From an uncultured Pseudomonadota bacterium (GTDB taxonomy: Bacteria; Pseudomonadota; Alphaproteobacteria; RF32; CAG-239): a stretch of DNA of 64,000 bases. Position numbers and translations under genes: made by a program. This document shows positions 1 through 10,034 of the stretch, one piece after another (the first letter of the stretch is position 1; each line of letters begins with the position of its first letter). The stretch covers positions 69,707 through 133,706 of the forward strand of contig CASFJS010000005.1 in NCBI GenBank assembly GCA_949295085.1. The letters are read 5' to 3'. A model generated the notes under the pieces. The model had not been told where the DNA came from. It was given only the letters and a program-made list of their open reading frames with translations, and did not search any database.

Positions 1-165
1 CCGCTCATCGTAAAGGCGAGATGTTTCTTTATATCTGTCAATATCAAGAAGCTTATTTCCAAGCCCTGTATTCGTTTCTGCCGCGGTCGGCGGTGTAATG
101 CCGTATTCAGCAAAAAGATCTTTCGGCTGATAATTTATGCCGTATTCCTTAAATAAGTCAGCCAT
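1..165 (-). CDS. Phage virion-module protein, N-terminal fragment (gene runs off the window start)
   Basis: The ATG at 165-163 overlaps the TAA of the upstream gene (TAATG). The minus-strand frame stays open to position 1 (hand translation MADLFKEYGINYQPKDLFAEYGITPPTAAETNTGLGNKLLDIDRYKETSRLYDER). It is absent from the ORF track because it is truncated. Confidence 0.45.
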   Translation of the reverse strand, partial: MADLFKEYGINYQPKDLFAEYGITPPTAAETNTGLGNKLLDIDRYKETSRLYDER

Positions 166-1685
166 TACATATTCCCTTTCAGTCTGTTGATAACTTCTTC
201 TCGAGAAATGCCGTATTTTTGCGCCGTCTCGTCAATATCTTTATTGATTGTCTCAGTATCGACGCCACGTTGAGAAGCAAGACTTGATATGAATTGATCG
301 TCTGACGCGGCAGTAATGTTCTGATAGGCCTTTTCGGCGTTTAATCTTCCGTTCTTGAGGATATTGTTCGATATTTCAACAGCCTTTTTTTGATAAATAC
401 GATCAATTTCCTTTTCGCTTTTGCCGTCAAGGTTGAGATCTTGCGTTGAATAAAACAAATCTCGGATAGCCTCGTTCTGATATTCTGGCGGAAGAGTGGT
501 TTTGAAATAGTCCCGCGCGTCATTGAATTTATAACTAACATCGAAAGTTGCTTCCGCTACGCGTGCTCGAGTTGCGGTGCTTATCTGATTGTTCAAAGAC
601 ATTGCGTCTTTTGTTGTTATTTCTCCGGAAGAATGCAAGTCAACAACGGATTCTCGAATAGAACGTATGCCGTTAAGGTATTCTGTGCTGTCTGCCGCAC
701 CGCTGTTAAGGTCGTAAACCCTTTGTAATACATCGGCCATTGATTGAGCGTTAGATACTCGCTTTTCGGCATCGGGCTTAAACTGACGGATTGCCCGCCG
801 CGCTTTAACGGCAAAAGCGCCGGAAATGTCGCCGGAAAATTCTTTGTTGTTAATATATTGCAATTTTTCGTCATAAGTAGAAGACCCATAAATAAAAGCG
901 GTTGTTTCGCTTTCTCCGGCGTCCTGCCGAGCCGTTTCCTCATACTGATCTAAAAGTTTTTTATTGGTCTTAATGCTATTAAGATTTGTTAATAAATCAT
1001 TCATATTTTCAGGTTTAATATTATAATTTCCGCTTTTGAGATTGGCAATTACAGCCTCGGGATCCGTTTCGGCTTCTCTCAAAACCCTATATTGCTCCCA
1101 GTCGTCGACACTCAACGCCTGTTTTGTCTTTTCTTCTTCGCTGAGATATCCGGCTTTAAAAGAGTTTTCCAAGTCGGCCAGATAACTATTTTTATACGCT
1201 TCATTGCCGGTTGAAACATAAGCCTTCATATTGTTTTCTTTAGACAAAGTAAGGTTTGCGGCGTTGTTATCAATATACTTGCTGCGAAATATAGATTTTA
1301 ACTTTTCCGAGTTTTGTGCCATTGTTAATTGATATTCTGCCGAAAAATTAGAGGCGTTCATATCATTTGTAAAGCCGCTCGTTACTTCCGGAAGAATACC
1401 GTCGAGCTTTCCAAGAAGCTCGTCTTCCTTGCGTTTTAGATCCGCCGGGGTTTTATATTTTGTAAAGTTTTCGGCCTCCTCCAAGACATCATTTGCCGCT
1501 GCAATCATGCGATTTTTACCATCAAGATTTTCAGCTGCGTTTTGCGTCTCCTGCCAGCGAACAGCGAGCTCGGTTCCGATTTTGGCCGCTTTCCCGGCTT
1601 CGTCCCATGTTTGGTTTCCGGTAATTTTTACGGGATCCGCAACACGAATATTAGCTTCGTTTGTATATACTGGTAATCTCGCCAT
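165..1685 (-). CDS. Phage virion-associated protein (possible internal-virion/ejection protein; function unknown)
   Basis: 506-aa ORF in the tightly packed minus-strand virion module. No catalytic motif is recognisable. Its position after tail-tube-like genes fits podovirus internal proteins, but that function is a guess. Confidence 0.5.
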   Translation of the reverse strand: MARLPVYTNEANIRVADPVKITGNQTWDEAGKAAKIGTELAVRWQETQNAAENLDGKNRMIAAANDVLEEAENFTKYKTPADLKRKEDELLGKLDGILPEVTSGFTNDMNASNFSAEYQLTMAQNSEKLKSIFRSKYIDNNAANLTLSKENNMKAYVSTGNEAYKNSYLADLENSFKAGYLSEEEKTKQALSVDDWEQYRVLREAETDPEAVIANLKSGNYNIKPENMNDLLTNLNSIKTNKKLLDQYEETARQDAGESETTAFIYGSSTYDEKLQYINNKEFSGDISGAFAVKARRAIRQFKPDAEKRVSNAQSMADVLQRVYDLNSGAADSTEYLNGIRSIRESVVDLHSSGEITTKDAMSLNNQISTATRARVAEATFDVSYKFNDARDYFKTTLPPEYQNEAIRDLFYSTQDLNLDGKSEKEIDRIYQKKAVEISNNILKNGRLNAEKAYQNITAASDDQFISSLASQRGVDTETINKDIDETAQKYGISREEVINRLKGNM

Positions 1686-1689
1686 TTCT

Positions 1690-2208
1690 TTATCCTATAT
1701 AACTCGAATTTGTAAACATGACATTTCCGCCACTTCTGGCCGTCCCGGTAACATCGCGAACCGGAGTTCCCCAATAGTTTTGATAGGTCGAATAATTTGC
1801 CAGAGCATTCGCGCCAGTGCCAATAAGGCTTGATAAAAAACGTTGCTTCGCTCGAGCTTTTGTTGCTTTGGCGTTATAATTAAGATTGTTTTGCTCCATA
1901 TTAATATTAAATTTGCGATAACTCTCTTCCATGCCGAGTTCGGTCAGGCTGGTATTAATGGAGTTCGCCACACTTCCGGAAACTTTGACGCCGCTTGCTC
2001 CGGCTTTGGCAATAGCCGATCCTTGAAGCTGATTGCGTTTTGTCCGGTATTGATCGGATAAAATGTTTTTCTGAAGCTCAAGCTGTTGCGACTGAAGATT
2101 ATATTGTCTTGCCTGTTCTTTGCTCGCCTGATAATCAGAATATGATCCGGCAATAGAAGAAATAGCCTGTATCCCCGCGGCTGCGGCAAAAGCTGCTCCT
2201 GCTCCCAT
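1690..2208 (-). CDS. Phage virion-module protein with hydrophobic Gly/Ala-rich N-terminus
   Basis: 172 aa. The N-terminus is MGAGAAFAAAAGIQAISSIAG and the middle is Q/N-rich. Only 4 nt separate it from the downstream gene, in virion-module context. Confidence 0.5.
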   Translation of the reverse strand: MGAGAAFAAAAGIQAISSIAGSYSDYQASKEQARQYNLQSQQLELQKNILSDQYRTKRNQLQGSAIAKAGASGVKVSGSVANSINTSLTELGMEESYRKFNINMEQNNLNYNAKATKARAKQRFLSSLIGTGANALANYSTYQNYWGTPVRDVTGTARSGGNVMFTNSSYIG

Positions 2209-2215
2209 GTAAACC

Positions 2216-4489
2216 TCACTTGTCTTGTTCGTTAATCAATGGCGCAATAGCCAAAATGTTCATCGGCAACGGTTCGCTTTGTTCCACTGTAACGCTTGCG
2301 TCCCATGTCCAACCCTGATTGTATTTTATGTTTGGGATAATCCCTGTAAAAAGCGGCTGCGGCACGCCCATCGGCGTTTCCGGATCTCGATATTTGACTT
2401 TTTGCATATGGTCGCTGTCAAAACCGACACAGCAACCTGAAGTCCGCCAAACCCTAAGAGATAGCTCGTTAACGCGCTTTCTTTTACCTACGGCCGTTCC
2501 GTTTTGAGAACCCGCTTCAAACGGCATTGTTTTTATATATGATTTGTAGCCAAGACCGGCTATTATATAAAAAGCGTCCAATTCGAGCCGGATAGAACCG
2601 TTTGTAACGGTTTTTTCCGACTGAACAGCCCCATCCGCTAAAATTTGAACCGTTTTCCCCTCAAGATGATTAAGGCCGGATATATCAACAACGGAAATTC
2701 CCCAGCTCCCGCCATCAATCGATAATGACGGAAAATCTTTTTTAGTAATTCCTTTTATTTGTTTTTCTGATATAAACTCCGTAATCTCGGCTTCTCCGAG
2801 AATATTATAGGCCTCGTCAATCATTCTGACGCGCTTTCCTGTCATTCCGGAATTGAAAATATTATTTTCCGCTGTCACGGTAATATTGCCGGATGCCCCA
2901 GATAACGTTATGCTGTTTCCTGACGTTGCGGCAAAGGCTGAATAATAAAGACCGTCGCGAACATACCAACATAAAGTTTGTATTTCCGGCGTAATAATAT
3001 CCTGCACCCGTTCAATATGACGGACGGTTTCCCCGTTAATTTCCCGGCGCACAATCATGTAGGTTTCATCATACAATCCGTTATATGAAGGGATAGTTTC
3101 GACACTTTCAACAATTCCGTCGAACTCAAGCAAACACCACGCTTGCACTTGCTGATTAGCTTCGAGAGTAAGACCAGCCATTTTGCCGTCTTCGCGTAAA
3201 CACCATAAAATACTGTCGGGGTTCTTTTGATAAGTAATGCTGACAATAGGACTTTCCGAGAATAGGTGTTCCGAAAACAAACTGACATCAACGGCTTTGT
3301 AGCTGTCCAAATAATAGTCATACATAAATTGTCTGACTTTTTTCCCCGTACGTTGTACAAAATGAATTGTGCTGTCTATCGTTATCGGCTGTATACTTTC
3401 AACACCCCAGTTTGATCGGGCCCTTGCCGACGGCGCTGTTGCAGCGTCAATGCCGGAATCTCCGGATCCTTTTACAACAAATTCGGATCCATAAGTCCCG
3501 ACCAGCAAATAATTCGTGCCGACAATCCACCGAATATCGGATCCATCGCCGCTCGAGTTTGTCGCCAGTTCAATATTGACAGCACCGTCCGCCTCATTGT
3601 CCACGGCAGGCGTAAAGTCTTCATAAGCATAGGGGCGGCTTCCGTAAATATTACGCGGGCTGTTCGGCGTCCGCCCATAATACAGACGTCCATCAAGCAA
3701 ACCTATGCAGGCAGGATAACCCCGAAAATCTCCCCATGCACCCTCAGCCCATTCTTTTGTGGCCGAGGCCGTTGATAATTTCCATTGTACAGTTGCGGAA
3801 ACGTGCGTGCTGTCCGTGAAACCGGTTATTTTGAAAAAGCCCTGTTTTTCGAGATTATCAACAGTGGTCTTCGCGCCGAGCCACCAATAAGAGCCGACGT
3901 GCTTTGAATTGAAGATCGGGGATGACGCCGAAACTGTTATATTTCCCTCAGTTCCGGAGGCCATTAACGTCGTATCCGTCAAATTTTCTTCCAAAAACGG
4001 CGTACATTTGAAAGAAACTTCTTTCAATTCCCAATCATTCGATGCCTTGCGAATAAGCTCAAGAGGCTTATTTGTATTCCCGGCATCGTCTTTGTAAGTA
4101 ATTTTGATAATATCATCGAGCTGGACGTATTGAATTGTTTTGAGTTGCTCTTCTGTAAAAGGATTTGTAATCTCGTAGACTTCGCCATCATCATCGACAA
4201 CATAGCCGCCATTGTTAAAAAATCGAAAATATCCAGCCCCGCATTCAATCATGTAGCTGTCTGTTGCCGAAAAAACAAATTTAAGCAGACGAGCCTTGCC
4301 CTTAGCTGTTGTAATATATTCGGATCCGGCAATCCGAGAAACAACGCCAAACGGGCGTATCCAGCAATTTCGACATTTGTCCAGACAAGAACTGTACGGC
4401 TCTATATCAACGCGGCCAAACATTAACGGCGAAACTTCACCGCGGGCGAACGTCGGATAAATAGGAGAAACTCTGGCCATTAATCCCAC
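2216..4489 (-). CDS. Phage tail-tube/nozzle-like structural protein (T7 gp12-like position)
   Basis: 757 aa, the largest virion gene present. It overlaps the adaptor-like gene by 10 nt. Size and position match podovirus tail tubular protein B. No search was run. Confidence 0.45.
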   Translation of the reverse strand: MGLMARVSPIYPTFARGEVSPLMFGRVDIEPYSSCLDKCRNCWIRPFGVVSRIAGSEYITTAKGKARLLKFVFSATDSYMIECGAGYFRFFNNGGYVVDDDGEVYEITNPFTEEQLKTIQYVQLDDIIKITYKDDAGNTNKPLELIRKASNDWELKEVSFKCTPFLEENLTDTTLMASGTEGNITVSASSPIFNSKHVGSYWWLGAKTTVDNLEKQGFFKITGFTDSTHVSATVQWKLSTASATKEWAEGAWGDFRGYPACIGLLDGRLYYGRTPNSPRNIYGSRPYAYEDFTPAVDNEADGAVNIELATNSSGDGSDIRWIVGTNYLLVGTYGSEFVVKGSGDSGIDAATAPSARARSNWGVESIQPITIDSTIHFVQRTGKKVRQFMYDYYLDSYKAVDVSLFSEHLFSESPIVSITYQKNPDSILWCLREDGKMAGLTLEANQQVQAWCLLEFDGIVESVETIPSYNGLYDETYMIVRREINGETVRHIERVQDIITPEIQTLCWYVRDGLYYSAFAATSGNSITLSGASGNITVTAENNIFNSGMTGKRVRMIDEAYNILGEAEITEFISEKQIKGITKKDFPSLSIDGGSWGISVVDISGLNHLEGKTVQILADGAVQSEKTVTNGSIRLELDAFYIIAGLGYKSYIKTMPFEAGSQNGTAVGKRKRVNELSLRVWRTSGCCVGFDSDHMQKVKYRDPETPMGVPQPLFTGIIPNIKYNQGWTWDASVTVEQSEPLPMNILAIAPLINEQDK

Positions 4490-5043
4490 CTCGCACTATT
4501 TACAGAATTGATCCAATAATCATCTGAAGCCTTTTCGGGCATTCTGTCTCTGGCATCTGCCGAACGGGCGATGGGCAAAAATTCGCCTTTGTAAAGTCTC
4601 AATAAGCTTTCTTGTTTTGAAGAACTGTTTGTCAGGTCAAAAGACATGTCATAAGCCAAACGACAGGCGAAAGCGTCAATAAACTGCGGTGTATAACGAT
4701 TTGTGTCTTTTTGTAAAAAAGTATAGATAACGCCTAGTTTGTCGGCATACGACAGCAGATACTCTCCCTCAAACTCCGCGTCTGCTGTTTTTTTGAATAT
4801 TCGGACATAATCTGATGGCGGTTGAAAATAATTTCCGCCGCCGAAAGCCGGTTTAATTGTCAGCATATTAAGCCATGCTCTTTTTTTGGCAAATCCCCAG
4901 CAGCATTCTGATAAAATGCTTTTAAGACTTCCCTCATACATATTGTTTGCTGATTGAGCTTCCAGTGTCTCGTCGGATAATGATGTTATTTTGTTTGCTC
5001 CGATAAGCGCAAGCGCCCGGTTAACGATAGAAACATCGCTCAT
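4480..5043 (-). CDS. Phage head-tail adaptor / tail tubular protein A-like
   Basis: 187 aa. The N-terminus MSDVSIVNRALALIGANKITSLSDETLEA resembles the conserved start of podovirus adaptor proteins. It lies between the capsid module and the large tail-tube-like gene. Confidence 0.45.
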   Translation of the reverse strand: MSDVSIVNRALALIGANKITSLSDETLEAQSANNMYEGSLKSILSECCWGFAKKRAWLNMLTIKPAFGGGNYFQPPSDYVRIFKKTADAEFEGEYLLSYADKLGVIYTFLQKDTNRYTPQFIDAFACRLAYDMSFDLTNSSSKQESLLRLYKGEFLPIARSADARDRMPEKASDDYWINSVNSARWD

Positions 5044-5099
5044 TTTATACCTCAGAAGTAAAAAAGAGAGGGTTTTTAGCCCTCTCTTTCAGTTTTTTG

Positions 5100-5510
5100 T
5101 TAGGCATACAATATGGTAAAATGAATTTTACCGGTTGCAGCAGCCCCGCCGACGGTTGCGGTCAGCACGTCGTCGCCTTCGTTGGTTCCGACGCGGTAGC
5201 CTTTACCGCCGATTCCCGTTTTAATCTGCCCGGCCGTAGCGGCAGCGGTTGCCACAATATAGCGGTCATTATCCGCACCATCGCCGACGGCCAAAGTAAC
5301 GCTTGTGCCGAGGGCTTCTGTGTCGATGACAACATCATGAACAACAGCGCCTTTAGGCAGTTTGCAAAGATTAATAACGGTTCCAGTTGCCGCAGCCTTA
5401 GCTTCATAGTCGCCAGAAGTAACTTTGACGCTGGTATTGATAATACCGGAAGAAAGCGCCATTTTGGCGCCTTCCTGAGCGGCGTAGGTTGTTGAATTTA
5501 CGGTAGTCAT
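5100..5510 (-). CDS. Putative head decoration / capsid accessory protein
   Basis: 136 aa and Gly/Ala/Thr-rich, directly downstream of the major-capsid-like gene. The call is positional. Confidence 0.4.
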   Translation of the reverse strand: MTTVNSTTYAAQEGAKMALSSGIINTSVKVTSGDYEAKAAATGTVINLCKLPKGAVVHDVVIDTEALGTSVTLAVGDGADNDRYIVATAAATAGQIKTGIGGKGYRVGTNEGDDVLTATVGGAAATGKIHFTILYA

Positions 5511-5527
5511 ATTAAATACTCCCTTTG

Positions 5528-6439
5528 TTAGTTGTTGTTGACAACAACGGTTTCGTCAGCCAAAACCTTAACGACCTTAGCTTCTTCCAGACGGCCAGCG
5601 CCGCCAGAGATCTCGTAGTAGACCTGTTTAGAGTAGGATTTGTCTTTCCTCTCATCGATACGCAAGAACAGCTCTTCCAGCATACCGAAGCAAACGCCCG
5701 TCTTATGAAAAGCGTAGCAAGACGCAACCGAAGAACTATCTTTTGCAATAATACCATCCGGCAGCCAAACGAAATTGAAGCCGAGGAAGGTATTAATATC
5801 GCCGGACACCAGAGCGCGGACATTGTTATAATCCGCAGACGTGGCCGCTGTCGTGCCGAGCAACTGCTCTTTCTGCGTCGCTCCGCCGACGAAGGTTCTA
5901 TCGCTTGCCGGAACGCCTTTCGCGTCAAGCATTTTCGCAGCCCTACGCAGTTTCGCGACGGTCAACCCCGTATTAGCCGACGAAGCGCCGTCAAAATTCG
6001 CTGCAATCGTCTGAGTATCGGGGAAAGACACGGCTGTCTCGCCCGCTTCTCCGCGGTAAGCGATTCCGCCCAATGCTACATAGATGATTTTGTCAATCTG
6101 AATGCCGACAGAAGACTGGATGCAGACGGAAGAAACCGACATCGGATCCGACAGCTCCTGAATTTTCAGCGAACGATCCATCAAACGAGCGTCGTTATAA
6201 GTCTTGATGTCGATTCTGGTTCTTGACAAATTCGGATCGTTTTCCGGGGTGTCCGCATTTACGGAAACTTTTGCCGACATTTCCCAGTTGCCGATCTGAT
6301 CTTGGTAAAAAGATTTACCAGTAATGTCTGTCTTTACAAACACACGGTTGTAAAGCATAGATTTTTCCTGACGTGCCAGAGGCAAAATTACTTGGGAATA
6401 AGATTGCGCCCTGACGTCATACTGAGTAGATTCAGTCAT
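5528..6439 (-). CDS. Major capsid protein
   Basis: 303 aa, lying after the portal and scaffold-like genes in the canonical portal-scaffold-capsid order. The overlapping 233-aa plus-strand ORF is an antisense shadow. Confidence 0.7.
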   Translation of the reverse strand: MTESTQYDVRAQSYSQVILPLARQEKSMLYNRVFVKTDITGKSFYQDQIGNWEMSAKVSVNADTPENDPNLSRTRIDIKTYNDARLMDRSLKIQELSDPMSVSSVCIQSSVGIQIDKIIYVALGGIAYRGEAGETAVSFPDTQTIAANFDGASSANTGLTVAKLRRAAKMLDAKGVPASDRTFVGGATQKEQLLGTTAATSADYNNVRALVSGDINTFLGFNFVWLPDGIIAKDSSSVASCYAFHKTGVCFGMLEELFLRIDERKDKSYSKQVYYEISGGAGRLEEAKVVKVLADETVVVNNN

Positions 6440-6555
6440 TATCTTTCCTTTCCTTTAAGAATTAAAAAAAATCGCGGGAAAAATTCCTCGCGACTGTTCT
6501 TTTTTTTAACCTTATCCGCCGTATGGCGGGGGCTTGGTTTTTCGGGGGCTTTCGC

Positions 6556-7416
6556 TTATCCCTGCATTGCCATTAGCGACTGGACATAACTAACCCGAGC
6601 TTTGCGTTCAGCTTCAGAAACAAAGCTCTGATTGTTTTGTTTGCACCATATCGGATCGTTGCGCCGGTTTCGCGCTCCTGCCCAATATGCGTCGCTCGGA
6701 TCATTCAAAATCTTGTCAAGCTCTGCTTTTGCTTCAGAAGGGGTTTTCGTAAAGCCGGAAACTTGTCCTTCCATGCCGCCAAGAGAGCCTTCAGAAATTG
6801 AATTACCCATTTGTGCAAGCAACTTAATAAATTTTGCGTCATTGCCGATTTTACCCAGGAAATACTCGTAATCTTCTTTGCTGCCGGACATCTTTTCCAG
6901 ATATTTGGCTGCTTTTGACATATTTTCGGAGTATTTCAATCCCCATTCTTTTTTGAGCTGTTGTTCGGCATTGGATTTATCAACTTCAGCCTGTTGCTCC
7001 TTCATCTGCTCATAAACCTCAAATTCATGCAGATGTGCATCGAGAAGCTTTTGTGCAACAGCCGGGGAGATATGATTTTGCTTCATAAGGCTTTTAAATT
7101 CTGCCAGATCAGCGCCTTCAGCGGCGTTTAGCTGATAACCGTCGGCGGTATCAGGGACGCCGAAAGCCTTATCATACAATCCCCATGCAACCGCGTCCGC
7201 ATCGTCCTTTGGAATAGCAACCCGCCCTTGTCCCATTAAGGATTGCAATTCAAGATAGCTTTTTGAAAGTTTGTTTATATCCCCGCCGAATTTTGTAATT
7301 GACGGATTGTCTTTGTATTCAGCAGACAAGGCCGAAGAGAAATCAAAAGATTGTCCTGTTCCCTCAGGCTGCCCGTTTCCATTAACGGCCGGATCAGTTG
7401 TCATCGGTTCAGTCAT
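6556..7416 (-). CDS. Capsid scaffolding protein
   Basis: 286 aa, acidic, with helical-looking sequence (e.g. EQMKEQQAEVDKSNAEQQLKKEW). It lies between portal and capsid. Confidence 0.6.
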   Translation of the reverse strand: MTEPMTTDPAVNGNGQPEGTGQSFDFSSALSAEYKDNPSITKFGGDINKLSKSYLELQSLMGQGRVAIPKDDADAVAWGLYDKAFGVPDTADGYQLNAAEGADLAEFKSLMKQNHISPAVAQKLLDAHLHEFEVYEQMKEQQAEVDKSNAEQQLKKEWGLKYSENMSKAAKYLEKMSGSKEDYEYFLGKIGNDAKFIKLLAQMGNSISEGSLGGMEGQVSGFTKTPSEAKAELDKILNDPSDAYWAGARNRRNDPIWCKQNNQSFVSEAERKARVSYVQSLMAMQG

Positions 7417-7418
7417 GT

Positions 7419-7679
7419 TTATAAATTCCTTTCATAATATTGCGCGACATTTTCGGGCAAAATATCGTCGCGCATTAGAGTTTTTATCATCAGGATCACA
7501 TCCCGTTTGCCCCCGGAATATGAAATTTTATAAGGGTCGCTGCTGGCGACCGGCGTGTTATACCCGCAGTAATATTCGAGAAAATCCATAATAATCGGGT
7601 ATTTAACGGATATGTCCTTTAATGCTGTATGCAGATCCGCTATTGTGTTTTTATCCTTCAGGTTGAGATGCGCTGACAT
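7419..7679 (-). CDS. Hypothetical phage protein (86 aa)
   Basis: Track ORF 7419..7736 trimmed to the ATG at 7679, which is preceded by GGAAGGAG. It overlaps the portal 3' end by 29 nt. Confidence 0.5.
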   Translation of the reverse strand: MSAHLNLKDKNTIADLHTALKDISVKYPIIMDFLEYYCGYNTPVASSDPYKISYSGGKRDVILMIKTLMRDDILPENVAQYYERNL

Positions 7680-9282
7680 TTCTTTCTCCTTCCGCTGCCG
7701 CTTTATATGTTTGAGCCGCTGACTGCGCCATTGCAAGCTGAGCTTCCTGCGCCTGAGCCTGCGCCCGTGCTTGGCGCGTTTCCTGAACCTTGGCGTCCGG
7801 ATTTAAAATTCTTGTCGGAACTCCGGTAATATTGAATATTTCATCGACAGCTTCATCGGTATTAATTTTGTCGATGGTTTCGGGCTTAAGCTGTGCAATC
7901 TGACCGGCGATTGCCATGGCGTTGACAATATTGTTGACTTCGCTCTGACGCTGTGCCTGAACTAACCGTCCGACAAATTTCACCTCAAACTCAGGATCCC
8001 GCAGCATAACATCAGGCATCCGCGGCAGCCGATTTTCCTCGTAAAACACAAATACAACCTTTTCGATTAGCGGTTGCAAAACGTCACTCATAAAACGGCC
8101 GACGGCCGGGCCAAGTAAAACCATTTTTTCAGAAACTCTCTCCATAACCTCGGGGACGGTCATTTGTTTTGTTAATTCAGAAAAAGCCTGAAATGTGTTG
8201 TAAAACATAATATCGCGAATTTGTTGTTGATAATATTGCAAGTGCTCAATCGCAATATGCGGATTACCGAAATTTCCGATCGGGAAAATCTCGTCTTTGG
8301 GGTTAAGCATTCCCCTTTGATAATAATTAATTGCCCGAGGATTAAAATTCGGGGTTCCAAGAAAAGCGTCATCCGGCAAAGCAATCGCCGGATCAGCTTG
8401 TTTCATCGCTGCCCGAAGCATTGTGTCAGATATTGTATTTGCCATGCGGACATACGGTATAGCTTTCATCGCCGGAGAATATCCATAAACAACTTGAGAA
8501 CGTTTATAAAAACGGTGTGCGACGCATGGCATACTCCGAAAACCGTCTTCGTGCATAATATTTCTTGTTTTTTCGTCCACCCAAACCATTCGGATCGGCA
8601 TATTTTCTTTGTTCATTTTGTCCGGATCCCGCTCCATGCGTTTACCGAAATAACAAATAAAATTAAATTTCTTGTCTTCATTTTGACCGGCGGCGTAGCA
8701 ATCTTTAATTTCCTGTGAACATCTATCACCAAAACGGGACAACGCCTGTTCGGCTGTATATTCAAATTTTATGTAAAACTCATTCGGGCGCTCTCTGGCG
8801 TCTTCTGTCAAATAAAGCTTTTCAATCGGGATATTATAGAAACGCACGCCGTCATATAAATCTTTTTCACAAAACAATGCTGCCGTTCCATAAACACCGC
8901 TCGCTTTATAAAAGATAGGCATTTGGTTATAAAAATTGGAGCGGGAAAGCGTCAATAATACTTCGTCCGTTACATCCTGCATCCAGTTTTTAACTTCCGG
9001 CCTGTCCCGCAATTCACGGTTAGGGTGTTCGAGGAAAAGCCATTTGGCGGAATCCGGCGTCAAATAATTTGATAAACCGGCGGCCAAAACATCGGCGCAA
9101 TCAAGGGATGTACTGTCCAAAAGCGCATGAAGTTCGGATCCTTTATTCTTTTTCTCCGTAATATTCGCATCTTCAACATAGAAATAATTATGCAATTTCT
9201 GATAAAGGCTGTCGAAATCTTGACGAGAACTTTTGAGATTGCTGTAATTTTTTATGATTTTTTCAGCAGATAAATCCATCAT
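7651..9282 (-). CDS. Portal (head-to-tail connector) protein
   Basis: 543 aa. It lies downstream of the terminase genes and upstream of scaffold and capsid. Size and N-terminal region are typical of podovirus connector proteins. Confidence 0.75.
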   Translation of the reverse strand: MMDLSAEKIIKNYSNLKSSRQDFDSLYQKLHNYFYVEDANITEKKNKGSELHALLDSTSLDCADVLAAGLSNYLTPDSAKWLFLEHPNRELRDRPEVKNWMQDVTDEVLLTLSRSNFYNQMPIFYKASGVYGTAALFCEKDLYDGVRFYNIPIEKLYLTEDARERPNEFYIKFEYTAEQALSRFGDRCSQEIKDCYAAGQNEDKKFNFICYFGKRMERDPDKMNKENMPIRMVWVDEKTRNIMHEDGFRSMPCVAHRFYKRSQVVYGYSPAMKAIPYVRMANTISDTMLRAAMKQADPAIALPDDAFLGTPNFNPRAINYYQRGMLNPKDEIFPIGNFGNPHIAIEHLQYYQQQIRDIMFYNTFQAFSELTKQMTVPEVMERVSEKMVLLGPAVGRFMSDVLQPLIEKVVFVFYEENRLPRMPDVMLRDPEFEVKFVGRLVQAQRQSEVNNIVNAMAIAGQIAQLKPETIDKINTDEAVDEIFNITGVPTRILNPDAKVQETRQARAQAQAQEAQLAMAQSAAQTYKAAAEGERNVSASQPEG

Positions 9283-9449
9283 TAGGCGCCCCCGAGCTTA
9301 TTTTTAATTACCGGCCTTTGAGCTTCTGCCTGCTTAGCTTTTCGCGTTTTTAACCACAGATCCACATATTCAGCGTTACGATTAGCTTCAGCAAGGCGGA
9401 TGTGCTCTTCGTCCAGGATCTCCTGTTCTGTTTTTGCATTATTATCCAT
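9282..9449 (-). CDS. Small hypothetical phage protein (55 aa)
   Basis: Track ORF 9282..9686 trimmed to the ATG at 9449 (MDNNAKTEQEILDEEHIRLAEANR...). It starts 1 nt after the stop of the 9451..9726 gene, and its stop abuts the portal start. Confidence 0.5.
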   Translation of the reverse strand: MDNNAKTEQEILDEEHIRLAEANRNAEYVDLWLKTRKAKQAEAQRPVIKNKLGGA

Positions 9450-9450
9450 G

Positions 9451-9726
9451 TTAACCACCCAAAACGCTTGAACCGCCGAGCAATGTTGAAATAGCCATTT
9501 TCTTTTTCTTTGGCATTTCTTCTTCAGAAACGGCATCTCCAGAATACCGGCCGAGCATCGATTGAGCTGCAATATCGGTATAGGCGGCGTTCTTGTTGGC
9601 ATTTGCTTTGTTGATATGTTCTTTATCTGCTGCGGTATACTCAACAAAATTGCCGTCGACCATGCGCCCCTCGCCGCGGGCGACACGCCTTTCCGGAGAA
9701 TTAAAAAGTTTCTTTATACTTCCCAT
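9451..9726 (-). CDS. Small phage protein, paralog-like to 9732..10034
   Basis: 91 aa. It starts MGSIKK and ends KKKKMAISTLLGGSSVLGG. Its neighbour starts MGSVGK and ends KKKTLLGS. Confidence 0.55.
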   Translation of the reverse strand: MGSIKKLFNSPERRVARGEGRMVDGNFVEYTAADKEHINKANANKNAAYTDIAAQSMLGRYSGDAVSEEEMPKKKKMAISTLLGGSSVLGG

Positions 9727-9731
9727 CTTTA

Positions 9732-10034
9732 TTAACTCCCGAGCAAAGTTTTCTTTTTCAAAGTGCTGTCATCAGAGGCAGCGCCTAAGGCTGTTGTGTA
9801 AACGGTCTTTGTGTCGTTGGCGTGTGCTGCACGTCTTGAGGCCGTCGCTTGTGCTTTTGCCGTGCTTTCGGCGTTCTTTTGTTCATTAATCAGGGCTTGC
9901 GCCTGTGCCGCTTGAGCTGCAGCCGCCTGTTTGGCCGCTTTTTCAGCTTTTGACTGTTGGTTCGACCACACCAAAGATGCTCCCCCAGTAACTGGCGCCA
10001 GAGCAATGCCGACAATTTTTCCTACACTTCCCAT
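9732..10034 (-). CDS. Small Ala/Gln-rich phage protein
   Basis: 100 aa with a hydrophobic N-terminal segment (IVGIALAPVTGGASLV) and an AAAAQAAQAQA low-complexity stretch. It is tightly packed with its neighbours. Confidence 0.55.
   Translation of the reverse strand: MGSVGKIVGIALAPVTGGASLVWSNQQSKAEKAAKQAAAAQAAQAQALINEQKNAESTAKAQATASRRAAHANDTKTVYTTALGAASDDSTLKKKTLLGS

Noticed and set aside
5525-6226. 233-aa plus-strand ORF opposite the major capsid gene (and 5512..5928 on the minus strand)
   Set aside because: These are Arg-rich shadow frames. The capsid frame fits the gene order and packing.
9282-9686. Long 134-aa version of the 9282 ORF
   Set aside because: Its first 79 codons overlap the better-supported 9451..9726 gene in another frame. 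The internal ATG at 9449 gives seamless gene packing.
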